DNA of 63,857 bases, counting the filler, from Reticulomyxa filosa (lineage: Eukaryota; Protista; Foraminifera): NCBI GenBank assembly GCA_000512085.1. It is 21 parts of 21 records of this genome, joined end to end, with 100 filler letters (N's around TTAATTAATTAA, not from the genome) between each part and the next. Parts side by side here need not be neighbours in the genome. Positions count along the whole stretch, not along the records: positions 26,398 to 28,823 come from ASPP01022726.1; positions 28,924 to 30,152 come from ASPP01034895.1; positions 30,253 to 32,317 come from ASPP01022235.1; positions 32,418 to 33,417 come from ASPP01033007.1; positions 33,518 to 35,227 come from ASPP01013924.1; positions 35,328 to 38,167 come from ASPP01046412.1; 15 more parts are not named here. One strand, written 5' to 3'. The notes beneath the pieces were generated by a model. The model ran no database searches. It saw only the letters and a list, made by a program, of their open reading frames with translations, and was not told the origin of the DNA. The position numbers were made by a program, and so were the translations under genes. Positions 26,398 to 38,167 of this stretch are shown here, one piece after another (the first letter of the stretch is position 1; each line of letters starts with the position of its first letter).

Positions 26398-27246
26398 GTC
26401 GTAGAACCTTACAATGCGTTGTTGGCGACTCATTGGTTATTAGACCACACAGAAGTTTCATTACTGTTGGACAACGAGGCCATTTATGGAATTTGCCAAA
26501 AGCAATTGAGAATTGCCAAACCAGATGTGGATAACTTAAATAAATTAATTTCGAAAGTTATCTCCGCCATGACCGCGTCTTTGCGATTTAGCGGTGAATT
26601 AAATGTAGATTTGAACGAGTTTCAAACGAACTTAGTCCCTTTCCCTCGTTTACATTTCATGACTACCGGAATGAGCCCAATTATTCCGAAAGTAGATGTA
26701 TCAACCGCGCCAAACGATATCCAAAAAATTACAGACGACTGTTTTAAGCCAGCGAACTGGTTTGTGAAATACACCGAATTTGACCCCGCTGAAGACAAAT
26801 ACATGGCCATTTCCTTGAACTACCGTGGTGACATAAAATCAAAAGAAGCGAACGCAACTGTGCAGTGGTTGAAATCAAATAACAAAATTGCTTTAGTCGA
26901 ATGGTGTCCAACAGGATTTAAAATCGGATTAAACGAAGTACCAGCGGTAACGTTAGAATCAGATGATATTGGTGCATTTAGCAAAAACGCTGTGATGATA
27001 GCCAACAACACGGGCATTTCGCGTGTGTTCAGTAAACGCATTGCCCAAAAGTACGACATTATGTACTCCCAACGAGCTTTTGTTCATTGGTACGTAGGAG
27101 AAGGAATGGAAGAAGGAGAATTTGCTGAAGCTCGTGAAGACTTAGGCTTCTTAGAAAAGGATTACTTGGATGTTTTGAGTGAACAGCCAACTGATGATGT
27201 GGGAGGTGATAACGCTGGCGACGATGCAGGTGACAATGACAATTGA
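26398..27246 (+). CDS. Divergent alpha-tubulin (Retaria alpha2-like), 5' truncated
   Basis: VVEPYN, LDNEAIY, TASLRFSGELNVDLNEFQTNLVPFPRLHF, WCPTGFKIG, RAFVHWYVGEGMEEGEFAEAREDL; many substitutions in otherwise conserved segments. Confidence 0.95.
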   Translation, partial: VVEPYNALLATHWLLDHTEVSLLLDNEAIYGICQKQLRIAKPDVDNLNKLISKVISAMTASLRFSGELNVDLNEFQTNLVPFPRLHFMTTGMSPIIPKVDVSTAPNDIQKITDDCFKPANWFVKYTEFDPAEDKYMAISLNYRGDIKSKEANATVQWLKSNNKIALVEWCPTGFKIGLNEVPAVTLESDDIGAFSKNAVMIANNTGISRVFSKRIAQKYDIMYSQRAFVHWYVGEGMEEGEFAEAREDLGFLEKDYLDVLSEQPTDDVGGDNAGDDAGDNDN

Positions 27247-28068
27247 AACTTTTTGGATGTGAGTGAACGGTGTAAAATGAATTGTACAAATATTTTTTGA
27301 AGCCATGAGCCAAATGAATTGGCCAGGTTCTTTTAAATTGAGCCTTTCGAATCCAAAGTTTTAATGAAATTTTTTCGCAACATTTTCAAAAGTGACCAGT
27401 TTTTATTTTCTTGAAATATTAGAATATTTATGTATTTTTTAAAAATCGTTAAGCGCTGACTTTTTGTAAAATACTATTGAATTAATATATATACGTTATC
27501 CTTTCTAAAAAAAAAAACTTTAAACGAATAAAATTATACGTATCGATTGTTTTTTCTTTTTCCATAATCATCAAAAAAATAATAATTGCGAAACAAAGTG
27601 TTACTTCATTTATTGTTGGATTTAAAGAAAAAAGGAAATTGGTGAATTTGAGTAGCATTTTGTTAGCTATTGCAACTTTTCTCCATAAATGTATTTGCGT
27701 TTTTATTGTTGGATATCCCTCGCTGAGGTGAGTCCTTATCACAATCACCTAAAAAAAAGATCATATAAAAACTGAAATATCTTACTAGTTAAATCTCACG
27801 TGCTAGTTTCACTTTACCAAATAGCATTTATATCGCAGCATTTTCAACATTGCACAAAAACAAAAAAAATTTTGTTTACCAATACAATACGAGGAAGAAG
27901 GGAAGTACTGAGAAAAAGTTTTTTTTAAAAAAAATGATACATGTAAACGTCCTCCAACAATTATGCATATTGCTGTGTAGTTAGATTAGAAAATAGCGAA
28001 ATTAAAACTTAAAAGGCATTTGTCATTGACGCCATTTAAGTAAATTATTATTTGTGTTTTATTTTTGA

Positions 28069-28779
28069 ATGGCCCCTTCACATCATCAAGCGACCGGGAA
28101 CGATGGAAATCCACGCGGTCATCATCAATCCCAGCACTTTATGTTTTCAACAGTGCAGCCACCAACAATGTTGGTTAACGAGAATAGCTACAATAACCAG
28201 CAGTACCATCACTCTCATCCGGGCATGATGTCACGAACAGGAGGAGGGGGAGGGACAGGGAGTAGCAGCACAGGCGAGCAAAAGCCGGGAACGCTGGGAA
28301 TATCCGAATCAGCGAATGTGAATACGAATACAAATGGAGGTGGAAATAAGCATATTAGAACATTGAGTACAAATAGCCCTCAGAGCAGTGGAACAAATCA
28401 ATACCGAGTAGGAACGATGTCGATGAATGTAAGAAACGCGGACATGAAAGAAAACGAGAGCAAGAAAAGCGGAACGAATTACTCGCACGTGATAGCAGAA
28501 AGCAATACTTCATGCACCGACGACGAAGACGAATTGTTCGTGGAAACAAATCTGCAAAATTCGACATATACTACAGTTGTGGTCAGTCCAAACCAACAAC
28601 GACGACCGCAGTTTACGACGAAACAGCCGATTGAAGATATCAAGCGAAATCGAGCCCATCACAGCACTTCGCAGTCTACGATTTTGTATTATCCGACTGC
28701 AAACAACTACTCGTCCATTTCTAAAATGGATGGATCAAATATGAGTCCCAATGCCTCTCCGTTCCGTCCCGTCCCCCAT

Positions 28780-28820
<41 letters not shown>

Positions 28821-28823
28821 ACA
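28069..28823 (+). CDS. Low-complexity N-terminal region of an unknown protein, ending in poly-Gln (CAACAG)n; 3' truncated
   Basis: About 250 open codons, more GC-rich than flanks, S/N/T/Q/H-rich. Confidence 0.6.
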
Positions 28824-29499
28824 NNNNNNNNNNNNNNNNNNNNNNNNNNNNNNNNNNNNNNNNNNNNTTAATTAATTAANNNNNNNNNNNNNNNNNNNNN
28901 NNNNNNNNNNNNNNNNNNNNNNNTCACAAAGTTATTCATGAAAGGACAGTCTGCTAATTGCAATATGAAAACATGTCCAAATAATTCACACCGATCAAAT
29001 GCATACAGTGAGCATAACTAAATTCTGTATGCATTTCACAAACTCAATCAAATAACTTGAAAATTCTTTCATTTGTGAATCTCTTTGCTATACATTGTAA
29101 AAGAATTTGTTTTTCAATCATTACGTGCAAGGAACAATACATATTCCACTATTTTGCAATGATAACTTATCTCTGTGTCCATGTTTAAATTCAACTGTAG
29201 AACCAGTCCTCCATTGTGATACTCCTTCTTTTAATCGCTGTTCCAAAATGAATGACATACATTACAGAAACATATATAAAAATACTCAATTTACTTAATA
29301 TCTCTTCTAAATTAATAGCGCATATATATTTCCATTTTTTCCATCCTTTTTTAATTTGCAAATCAAATTCTTGTTTCTCTAAAAAAAAAAAGCGTTTCAG
29401 AGAATATTTTCGTATTACACTTTGTATCTTAAAGTAGCAGTTGGACACTTACACTGGGCACATTTAAAATTTGAAAAAGAAATGAGTGATGGTATTCAA

Positions 29500-29726
29500 T
29501 CTACTTAAAAAAATACCGAAAAAGTAAATCGAGAAGATATATTCGTCACAACAAGTTGTGATCGGACAACCACTGATATAATAAAACACTTTCTGCCGTA
29601 AACAACTACCAGTGGATTGGACTATTTGATTTGTATGTGGATCCACTCACTCATTGGAGATGAAAACATTAAGACATATCAAGTTTTGGTAGATTTGCAA
29701 GGAAAAGGCAAAATTAAATCCATTGG
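29500..29726 (+). pseudogene. Aldo-keto reductase fragment, frameshifted
   Basis: Reading across frames: VNREDIFVTT, GLDYL/DLY..IHS, KTYQVLVDLQGKGKIKSIG followed by a gtaagt donor; these are AKR signature segments. Confidence 0.6.
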
Positions 29727-30612
29727 TAAGTCGTAAGATTAACTTATTGTTTATATATGATAATTTATTCAATTTGATAAAGAATTTATACTTACAACAA
29801 AAATATTACGTCACTAACTTGGGAAAAAAAACTTAAATGGCTAGTGTTTTATTTCTTTCTCTGTTATAAATTGACAGTGTCTAAGATAAATTTTGGTGTT
29901 GACAACACCTGAAGAATTTTTTATCGATTTGGTGCAATAGCAAGTTTTCTTATTTTAAACTTTGTCAACAAAAAATTTTTTAAAAAGTGCTGAATTGTTT
30001 ATTATCAACATACTGAAGTAAATGGAACGCTTGAACATCTGCAGATAACGTTTAAAAAAATTGCGAAACTGTCAATTTCTTATATAAAAGTCAAATTTTG
30101 ATAGTTATGGATGAAATACATGTTTTTATACCTAAGAGATTGTGCAGTTAGANNNNNNNNNNNNNNNNNNNNNNNNNNNNNNNNNNNNNNNNNNNNTTAA
30201 TTAATTAANNNNNNNNNNNNNNNNNNNNNNNNNNNNNNNNNNNNNNNNNNNNGCTGATATCGATTAGTATTACCAATGCATTTTATTCAATTCAATAATA
30301 TTATTCATCATATCAATCAATTGCAATTTTAAGTTTTCCAAACAATAGTAAGTTTGGCGAAGAAGTTCTCCAAATGACAATTTCTTCATGTTATAACTTT
30401 TTTCTATTACCACTATTTTATATTTGTTATCGTAATTTGGAGAAAAAACAATTGTTAAAGATTACATATTATTAATTAACTTACTCTCTTTATTTTTTGA
30501 TTAGTTTTAATAAATTCAAGGTAAGAATCAATGAAAAACGAATATAAGCATTCATTTAATAATCATACACCAAATTGTTCATTTAACATTGTTTTAAATT
30601 TTTGAATGATCT

Positions 30613-31776
30613 ATGTTTTATCCTTTTGTACTCTTTCATTCAGTTGTTGGTGAGAATTGCTTGAAAGATTTTTTTAAAAATAACGGCAATATCTGCCCAA
30701 TCATGAAACATTGTGATTGTAAATACTCAAAAGCGAATTTCTTAAATCAATTAATTGGAAATTTGCCAGTTATGTGTATTAGGCAATTTGAACATAATTT
30801 AAATGGAAGTAAATGTAATTTTAATGGGAGATTAAAAGATTTACAATATCATTTGGACAATGACTGTCCTTTCAATTTAACTGATTGTTGGTTCAAACCT
30901 TTTGGATGCAATCACGTATGTCACAAACGAGATTTAAATGGTCATTTAGTTTCGAGAATAAAATTTCATTTTGAACTGGTTATGAAATTATTTAAATCGA
31001 TGAAACAAGACATACAATTATATAAAGTTTTGTTTTTATTTTTTTATTTTATCTATAAAATAACAATAAAAATAAAAAAAAAACATTGAAAAAGATGAAA
31101 ATAGATGATTTAAATTTTGAGATAAGTGCATTAAATGAAGATTTAACATATAAAATTGAAAATCTTCAAAAAGAATTGCTAAAATCTAAAGAAATGCTAT
31201 CAGAATATCAAACGAAAATTAAATTTTTAGAAGAAAATAATTCTAAATTACCACAAGATTATCAAAGATTAACTAATAAAAAAATAACAACTGATTTTGA
31301 TATATTTCGTTCATCAAGTAAATTACTTAAAACTATTGATGGACATACTGGTTTTGTTTTGAGTATTGATTATTCAACATTTGATCAACTAATTTGTTCT
31401 GGATCAAATGATAAAACAATTCGTGTATGGAATGTAATGACATCAAAACAAATTGGATTATTCAAACACTGTGTCATGTGTAAAATTTTCATCATATCAT
31501 TATCATAATTATTCTCGTAATGTTATTTGTTCTTCATCAAAAGATAAAACTATTCGTTTTTGGGATTTTAAACATAATCAACAACTTCAAAAATTCAATG
31601 AACATACTGATGCAATTTGTGGAATTGAATTGTCACCATTTAATAATGGTAAATATTTGTGTTCTGGATCATTTGACAAAACTGTTCGATTATGGGATAT
31701 TAATATATCTAAATCTTTATATGTTTTCAGTGGACATACAAATACTGTTTGTTGTGTTGATTTTTCACCTTTGCAA

Positions 31777-31813
<37 letters not shown>

Positions 31814-32270
31814 TTGGTGTGATTGGTGGAAATGGATATAAAATTTGTTCTGGATCATTTGATAATACCATTCGTATATGGGATATTGAAACAACCAAAC
31901 AATTCAATGTGTTTGAAGGACATAAAGGACGTGTGCATAGTGTAAGATATGGATTAAAAAATGGTGGTAATGTGGATACAATATTATCTGGATCAAGCGA
32001 TGCAAGTGTTGGTTTATGGGATATTCGATCTGGTCAACAAATTCAAGCATTCTATGGACATAAAGATTATGTGCATGCTGTCGAATATTCACCATTTGTA
32101 ATAAAGAATGATATTAATGTTGGTGGTGATTCAAGTGTTATATGTTCTGGATCAAAAGATAACATGATTCGTTTTTGGGATATTCGATCAAATAAGCAGT
32201 AGTTGTGTATGATCAAAGGAAATAAAGAAGATAATGGAATATTATGTTTTAAATTTCTCCATTAGAAGAT
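30613..32270 (+). pseudogene. TRAF-type zinc finger + coiled coil + WD40 repeat gene, disrupted
   Basis: CNFNGRLKDLQYHLDNDCP...CWFKPFGCNHVC...H zinc finger; repeated ICSGSxDxTIRxWD; frameshift/deletion near 31460; premature TAG at 32199 with homology continuing (LCMIKGNKEDNGILC). Confidence 0.85.
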
Positions 32271-33560
32271 AGAACAGTATCAATGAAAGTAATTGATTAG
32301 GCCAAATTGGATTAGTTNNNNNNNNNNNNNNNNNNNNNNNNNNNNNNNNNNNNNNNNNNNNTTAATTAATTAANNNNNNNNNNNNNNNNNNNNNNNNNNN
32401 NNNNNNNNNNNNNNNNNGACGGAAGTTATCGCGAACGTCTGACCCAATTAGTGGAGCTTATATACGAACTAAATTCGATAGACATGGCCAAATTAATTAA
32501 CGTCGTTGAAATGAAATACCCCTTTTGTACTCAATGATTTTATCGACAAAGAGTACAAAATCAACAATCCTGAAGAAGAATGCCTGGATATCGAAATTAC
32601 CAATATCCCCATCAACATATGCACAGAATTAATCAATTTTTTTTTCAGGCTTGTATTGCCAATTATCCTCAAAATAGCTCCACGAATATCAATACTGTCG
32701 CTGCTAACACCAAAATCGTAGACAATGCCCCCTTTAATGACAACATCTGCTGTGCAAATTGAACAAGACCAACCACCAGAACAAAGAGTCAAAGAAGAGA
32801 TTAAACCCGAACCGAAAATGTCTGGATCGAGCAGAAATCAACATGAAAACAATCCTATCCACAACATCGACACAATAAAAAATGAAGAGTCCATGCTTCA
32901 AACAGCCTCGCTGGATAATCCTCATGCATTTGATGTTGAAATGAGAGAAGTAAATCCGACAAACAACGCCATTCGGACTGAAGAAACTAACCGTTCTTAT
33001 GACACAAACCAAACGATGGTTGATTAAGAAAAGCAAACGAGTAGAGAAAATTTGAAAGTGAAAGGAGATAGAAAATCTACCAACTTTTTTTTGGATAAAT
33101 TAAAACTGTACTTTCTGCAGAATCAATTCATATTTTGCACAGTCGACGCTTAAGCGTCGCTCTTTTGGAGCACTTGATGTTTTTTTTTCTGGCACCAACT
33201 CTAACCACATAAGAAGGGTCTATTGCATATTATCACATGAAATCCAATTATTGTTTTTTCAAAGATCAGATCTATCTGCATATTTGATTTTCTTTTAGAT
33301 TAAAATACTAAAATCAGAAATATTCAGAAATTTTTTATAATGAACACAATTTGACAATATCAGGTAAGCTGGAGAAATGTCAAATTATTATTAAAAAAAT
33401 CACAATTGGAATAAAAGNNNNNNNNNNNNNNNNNNNNNNNNNNNNNNNNNNNNNNNNNNNNTTAATTAATTAANNNNNNNNNNNNNNNNNNNNNNNNNNN
33501 NNNNNNNNNNNNNNNNNAGTGTTAGAGTATGCCATAAAAAAAAAAAAAAAAAGAGAAACG

Positions 33561-33855
33561 TCAATCAAAACGAGTTACTTGGACATCAGGACGCGACTCG
33601 AGTATTTCCAACAAAGAGTTGACTTGGTCTTCTTCAATCTTGACGGCCTCAGGTCCAGTCTTGGACTCGAGCACTGGATTCAGAAGGATATTGCTTTGCA
33701 TCGTTCGAAGCTTTGTTCCGTCGGCTGTCAGTTTGGCTTTCATCGCGCGACGACGACAAGCGGCACAACGACATTCATCTTGACAAGAGGGACAGATAAA
33801 TCTTTTTTTTTTTTTTTTTATTTTTTTTGATGTTAGCATCACACTACTTAAACCC

Positions 33856-33886
<31 letters not shown>

Positions 33887-34281
33887 TGGAACTTTTGTGC
33901 GTCAATGTCCGCCAGATACTGTGGAGCATAAAATGTTCGAATGCAATGTAAACAGTATTTCTTTACACATGCACGCTTACGCTTTCGACTATTGCCGCCT
34001 TTCAGTGCGCCGTCGTTACTGCATCGCACCATATCTTGCAGTGGTGTCCTTTTCTTACAATGGTGACAACTCGTCCCTTCGCCACGCTTCTTCCCGGAAA
34101 GGTTGTGACTCGCACTACTCGAGTTGCTGCTACCCAACCCATTGTGTGCATTATTCGCAGTCTCCATTGACTCCAACTGCACGAAATTTGCACTCTTTGT
34201 CAGCTGTGACAAGCCAAATGTTGGCATCATCAGTGGTGTGTCCATGTCTGGGGATCTTATAATGTTTTTTTTTTTTTTCAA
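33561..34281 (-). CDS. zf-4CXXC_R1 (CDCA7/JMJ-like) zinc finger protein, multi-exon
   Basis: GTSCHHCKKRT...C...CVKKYCLHCIRTFY [intron] FICPSCQDECRCAACRRR. Confidence 0.8.
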
Positions 34282-35327
34282 AGAAACTCAAAACGAGCAA
34301 ACCTTCTGCTGGCATGTTCGCTCCCTCTTCCTTTCTTCTTTCACACCCCTCCGGAATTAATAACTTATTTTGTTCTTTGTTCATCTTGAGTTCGTTAAAC
34401 ACATTTTTATTTCCAGTCAAGAAGTAAAAACAAACCATTTGACATTTTGCAGTTTCTATATTGAGTTTTTCATGTTACACATCCCTAATCCACGAGAAAA
34501 AAAGTAACTGTTGACACTACCACTTACAGTGAGAGTACGTTTTTTTTGACAAAGGAGAAAAAAAAAGGTAAAAGTTCGGTTAATTATCTACAGATGAGCT
34601 TATTAATTGTTAGTCTGGACAAAGTTATAAAAGAGTTAGATGATACCTATTTTCTAAATTATGGTTATTATGCTCAGGAACCAAAAGAACTGGCCAAGTT
34701 TTCATACAAGGACCCTTCCCGGTTTGGCCACTTGACATTTAACCAAATTCAAGGGCAGTGGCTGGTAGTGGTATCGAGCCGTGGGGATGGGACTCAGGTT
34801 AAATGGATATAAAAGAGGGCAAGAGAAGGACCCAAGCACATGCTAAAATGACAATATCAATAATAAACAACAACCTACTCTGTTTTTTTGTTGTTTTTTT
34901 TCCCCCCTCTTCCGTTCCTTCCCTTCCTCTTCAATATTGTAATAAAATCAACTTGCAAAATAGAAATCCTCAACATCAACCAAGTCACACAAATCAAGTG
35001 ATTGTTGGGAATGGCAGGTGTACATTCACTTAGAACCTTATATATATGTATATACATGCACATACACACGTATATGACGGTAACATTACAACGTATACGT
35101 ATTTTTTTTTTTTTTTTAATTGCATGTTTCAAACCAACTAAATTATTCTTATGCTTTGAATGAGAATGAAAATAACACTTGATTTTTTTTTTTTTTTTTA
35201 TTTTTTTAGAAAGAATGAAAACGGCAANNNNNNNNNNNNNNNNNNNNNNNNNNNNNNNNNNNNNNNNNNNNTTAATTAATTAANNNNNNNNNNNNNNNNN
35301 NNNNNNNNNNNNNNNNNNNNNNNNNNN

Positions 35328-35549
35328 TGGTCAACTACAAAAGGACATCGAGTAGCTGACTTGTCATTATTGAGTGAATGTATGAAAAGTGTTGTCACAT
35401 CAACATATAAAAGTGGTTATCCATTTAAGCAAATGTTGCAAGATATTAGAACAGAAATTCGAAATAATAAAAATAGTGAATGGTATTGTGTAGAAAGTCA
35501 AGACACTACTGATTATGACATCATTTTTCAACAAAGAAAGTCGGTGTAA
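35328..35549 (+). CDS. C-terminus of a caspase-like (C14, p10-like) protein, 5' truncated
   Basis: Open from the contig edge: WSTTKGHRVADLSLLSECMKSVV...FKQMLQDIRTEI...YCVESQDTTDYDIIF, resembling p10 topology (STxxG...). Catalytic p20 not in window. Confidence 0.45.
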   Translation, partial: WSTTKGHRVADLSLLSECMKSVVTSTYKSGYPFKQMLQDIRTEIRNNKNSEWYCVESQDTTDYDIIFQQRKSV

Positions 35550-35896
35550 AATTTCACTTTCATTTTTTTTTTTTTTGTAAAAAAATAAGTAAGTTGCTTA
35601 TTTGAGACTTTTTCTAAATTGGCATTCTTTGTATATGCTTAACATAAGTCTTAAATGGTTGGAAACATGCCACAAGCGTTAATTAATTACTTTGTTTGTT
35701 GAATCACAAAAATTTTTACATCTTCATTAATGGCAAATTTTTTTTAAAAATTTTGGCTACTCTTAAAATGCTTATACTTATACAAAATAAATGATTCAAT
35801 ATTCAAAAAACCGCATCAATTTAAATTTATTTTCACATTTCTAATTCAAATAAAACAATGGTCTCGAACTAAGACAGCATTTTGATTTTTTTTGTA

Positions 35897-36120
35897 ACTC
35901 ATTTGCCCTGGATCAAGGGATAATGCAGTTCGTGTATGGGATGTTGATAACAGCAAACAAATTCAATCATTCAATGGACATTCAAGTAGTGCATTTTGTG
36001 TGAAACTTTCGTCATATCATAATCATAATCATCGTCAAAATGTCATTTATTCTTCATCAGATGACAAAACCATTCGTTTTTGGGATTTCAAACATAATAA
36101 ACAATTACAAATATTCAAGA
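35897..36120 (+). pseudogene. Isolated WD40 fragment of the same family as 30613-32270
   Basis: LICPGSRDNAVRVWDVDNSKQIQSFNGHSS...SSYHNHNHRQNVIYSSSDDKTIRFWDFKHNKQLQIF; closely similar to about 31390-31600; no flanking ORF. Confidence 0.8.
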
Positions 36121-37786
36121 ACAATTCATTTGTGAATTTATGAATAAGTTACTTGATGTCTCAAATGATTGAAAAAATCAATTATTTGCGAATGTCTTTT
36201 TTTGTATATCGATCCAATTGGAAAGAGAATAAATTATTTTTTTATGTTTCGCACAAGTTATGATATCAAAAAAATGACAAGTTTTAAATTTTGATGAATG
36301 TAAAAACATCTACTTCAATTTTACATTATTTTTAAAAAAATGAATTAACAAATTTTTAATAAATTCAATGCACTCCATGTTTCAAAAGATTACAATTCAA
36401 TTGTTTCTTTTCATATTTCTTAATATTAAATGAACACCAATTGTTTAGTTTACTTTAAAATTCATCAAATTGTGCATAATCTAAGCAAACGTGATTTTTT
36501 GGATATCATCCTTATGTTTAACGAAATTGGCAATCCATTGGCGATAACGTTGCATCATTTTGTTGTTTCTTTTGAAGACTGTAAAATTTGATTTTTGCAA
36601 TTAGAGATAGATGTTTCTTTAAATAATATTTTCCATTCATTATCATATTTACCATCTTTGATTACGTAACATTTATTTGTAAACAATGAAAAATTCAGAC
36701 TGGATAAATGATAAATATTTGCATTATACATTAAATATCATTTTGTATTGTATCCCAAACAAGACAAATGAATACAAATAACAGATAATCGTCCAAACGT
36801 GGCCGAGTTAATGTTGTATACGAATACTAGTCTGAATTTTTAATAGGGAAAGAGCATATATTCAAAATAATGTGGACGAACATTCTAAAGGTTTGTCATT
36901 TTTTTGGTTTTGACAGAAAGACAAGATTTACTATCGATTTAGAAAATCGATTGAAATGAATGCATAATATCAAATGATAAATAGTTTTTGGAGAACAATA
37001 ATGCCATCAAAGTTTAAATAAAATTACATTTTTTCTTTGGCACCTTTTTTTAAACTAACATATTTTGAAAACTTAACACATAATTTGATTAGACTGAAGA
37101 TGTAATCCAACGAACATGCTAAAGCTGTAGGAGGTATGCAAAGTGAATCAGAATTGCTTCAATTAGTTTGCAAAAAAATATTTTTGAATAATTTAATAGT
37201 ATATTCCAGTGACTAAATTGTTTTGTATAAAGAACTTTTATTTTGACTTGACTTTGTATCAAAATCAGATAATGGACAAATGATGAAAATAAATCAAAAA
37301 AAGACAGTTCAATCAAAGGCCCAATTTATGTTCGGGATGAAAATATGTGAATAAAGCTTTTTGATTTATCTTCATTAAAACTATCATGTTGCCAAAAACG
37401 TAAGGACTGAATGTAACGGATTCTTAAAATAATACTTTTCAAAGTCTTTGTTTTTAGAGTGATGTAAATGGATATAGAATATGATATCACGAAGGATATA
37501 TTCGCTTTGCTACAGCCACAGCTTAGAGAGAACTATCTTAAGATATAATATTCCTGAGATTAAAAGGATTTTTTTATCTGATTGATATTTGATATAAGTC
37601 TTATTTATTATGCTTTTAAATTCTTTTAAAAACATTGAATGAGATTTTTTCAACCTTTTTAAATAACAAAGTAAGATAGAACACATCTTTTAATGCTTGC
37701 ATTCAATCAAATCAAACAAGTTTAATATCAAATTTTCTTTTAATCAAACAAAAACACTTTCATTTCTTATTCGATCAAAAAGTAAA

Positions 37787-38167
37787 TTATCCCCAAATAC
37801 GAATGGGACCTTTGTTTGAACCATAACACAAATTCAAATCATATTTAACATTATTTGTCTTCTCTTTCTTTTTCAATACAATAAACTTAAGACAAATTAT
37901 TCCATTATCTTCTTTCTTATCTCCTTTTATTACATACAATTGATTTTTATTTGATCGAATATCCCAAAAATGAATTGTATTATCAAATGATCCAGAACAT
38001 ATCACATTTGAATTACCAATACTATTCTTTATTACAAGTGGTGAATATTCAACAGATAATACAATACTTGAATGTCCATCAAACACTTGAATTTGTTTAC
38101 CAGATCGAATATCCCACAAACGAACGCTGTTATCATCTGATCCAGATAATATTGTATTTAATAATTC
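37787..38167 (-). CDS. WD40 repeat protein C-terminus (same family), 5' truncated
   Basis: ILSGSDDNSVRLWDIRSGKQIQVFDGHS...ICSGSFDNTIHFWDIRS...LCYGSNKGPIRIWG*. Confidence 0.88.
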   Translation of the reverse strand, partial: ELLNTILSGSDDNSVRLWDIRSGKQIQVFDGHSSIVLSVEYSPLVIKNSIGNSNVICSGSFDNTIHFWDIRSNKNQLYVIKGDKKEDNGIICLKFIVLKKKEKTNNVKYDLNLCYGSNKGPIRIWG

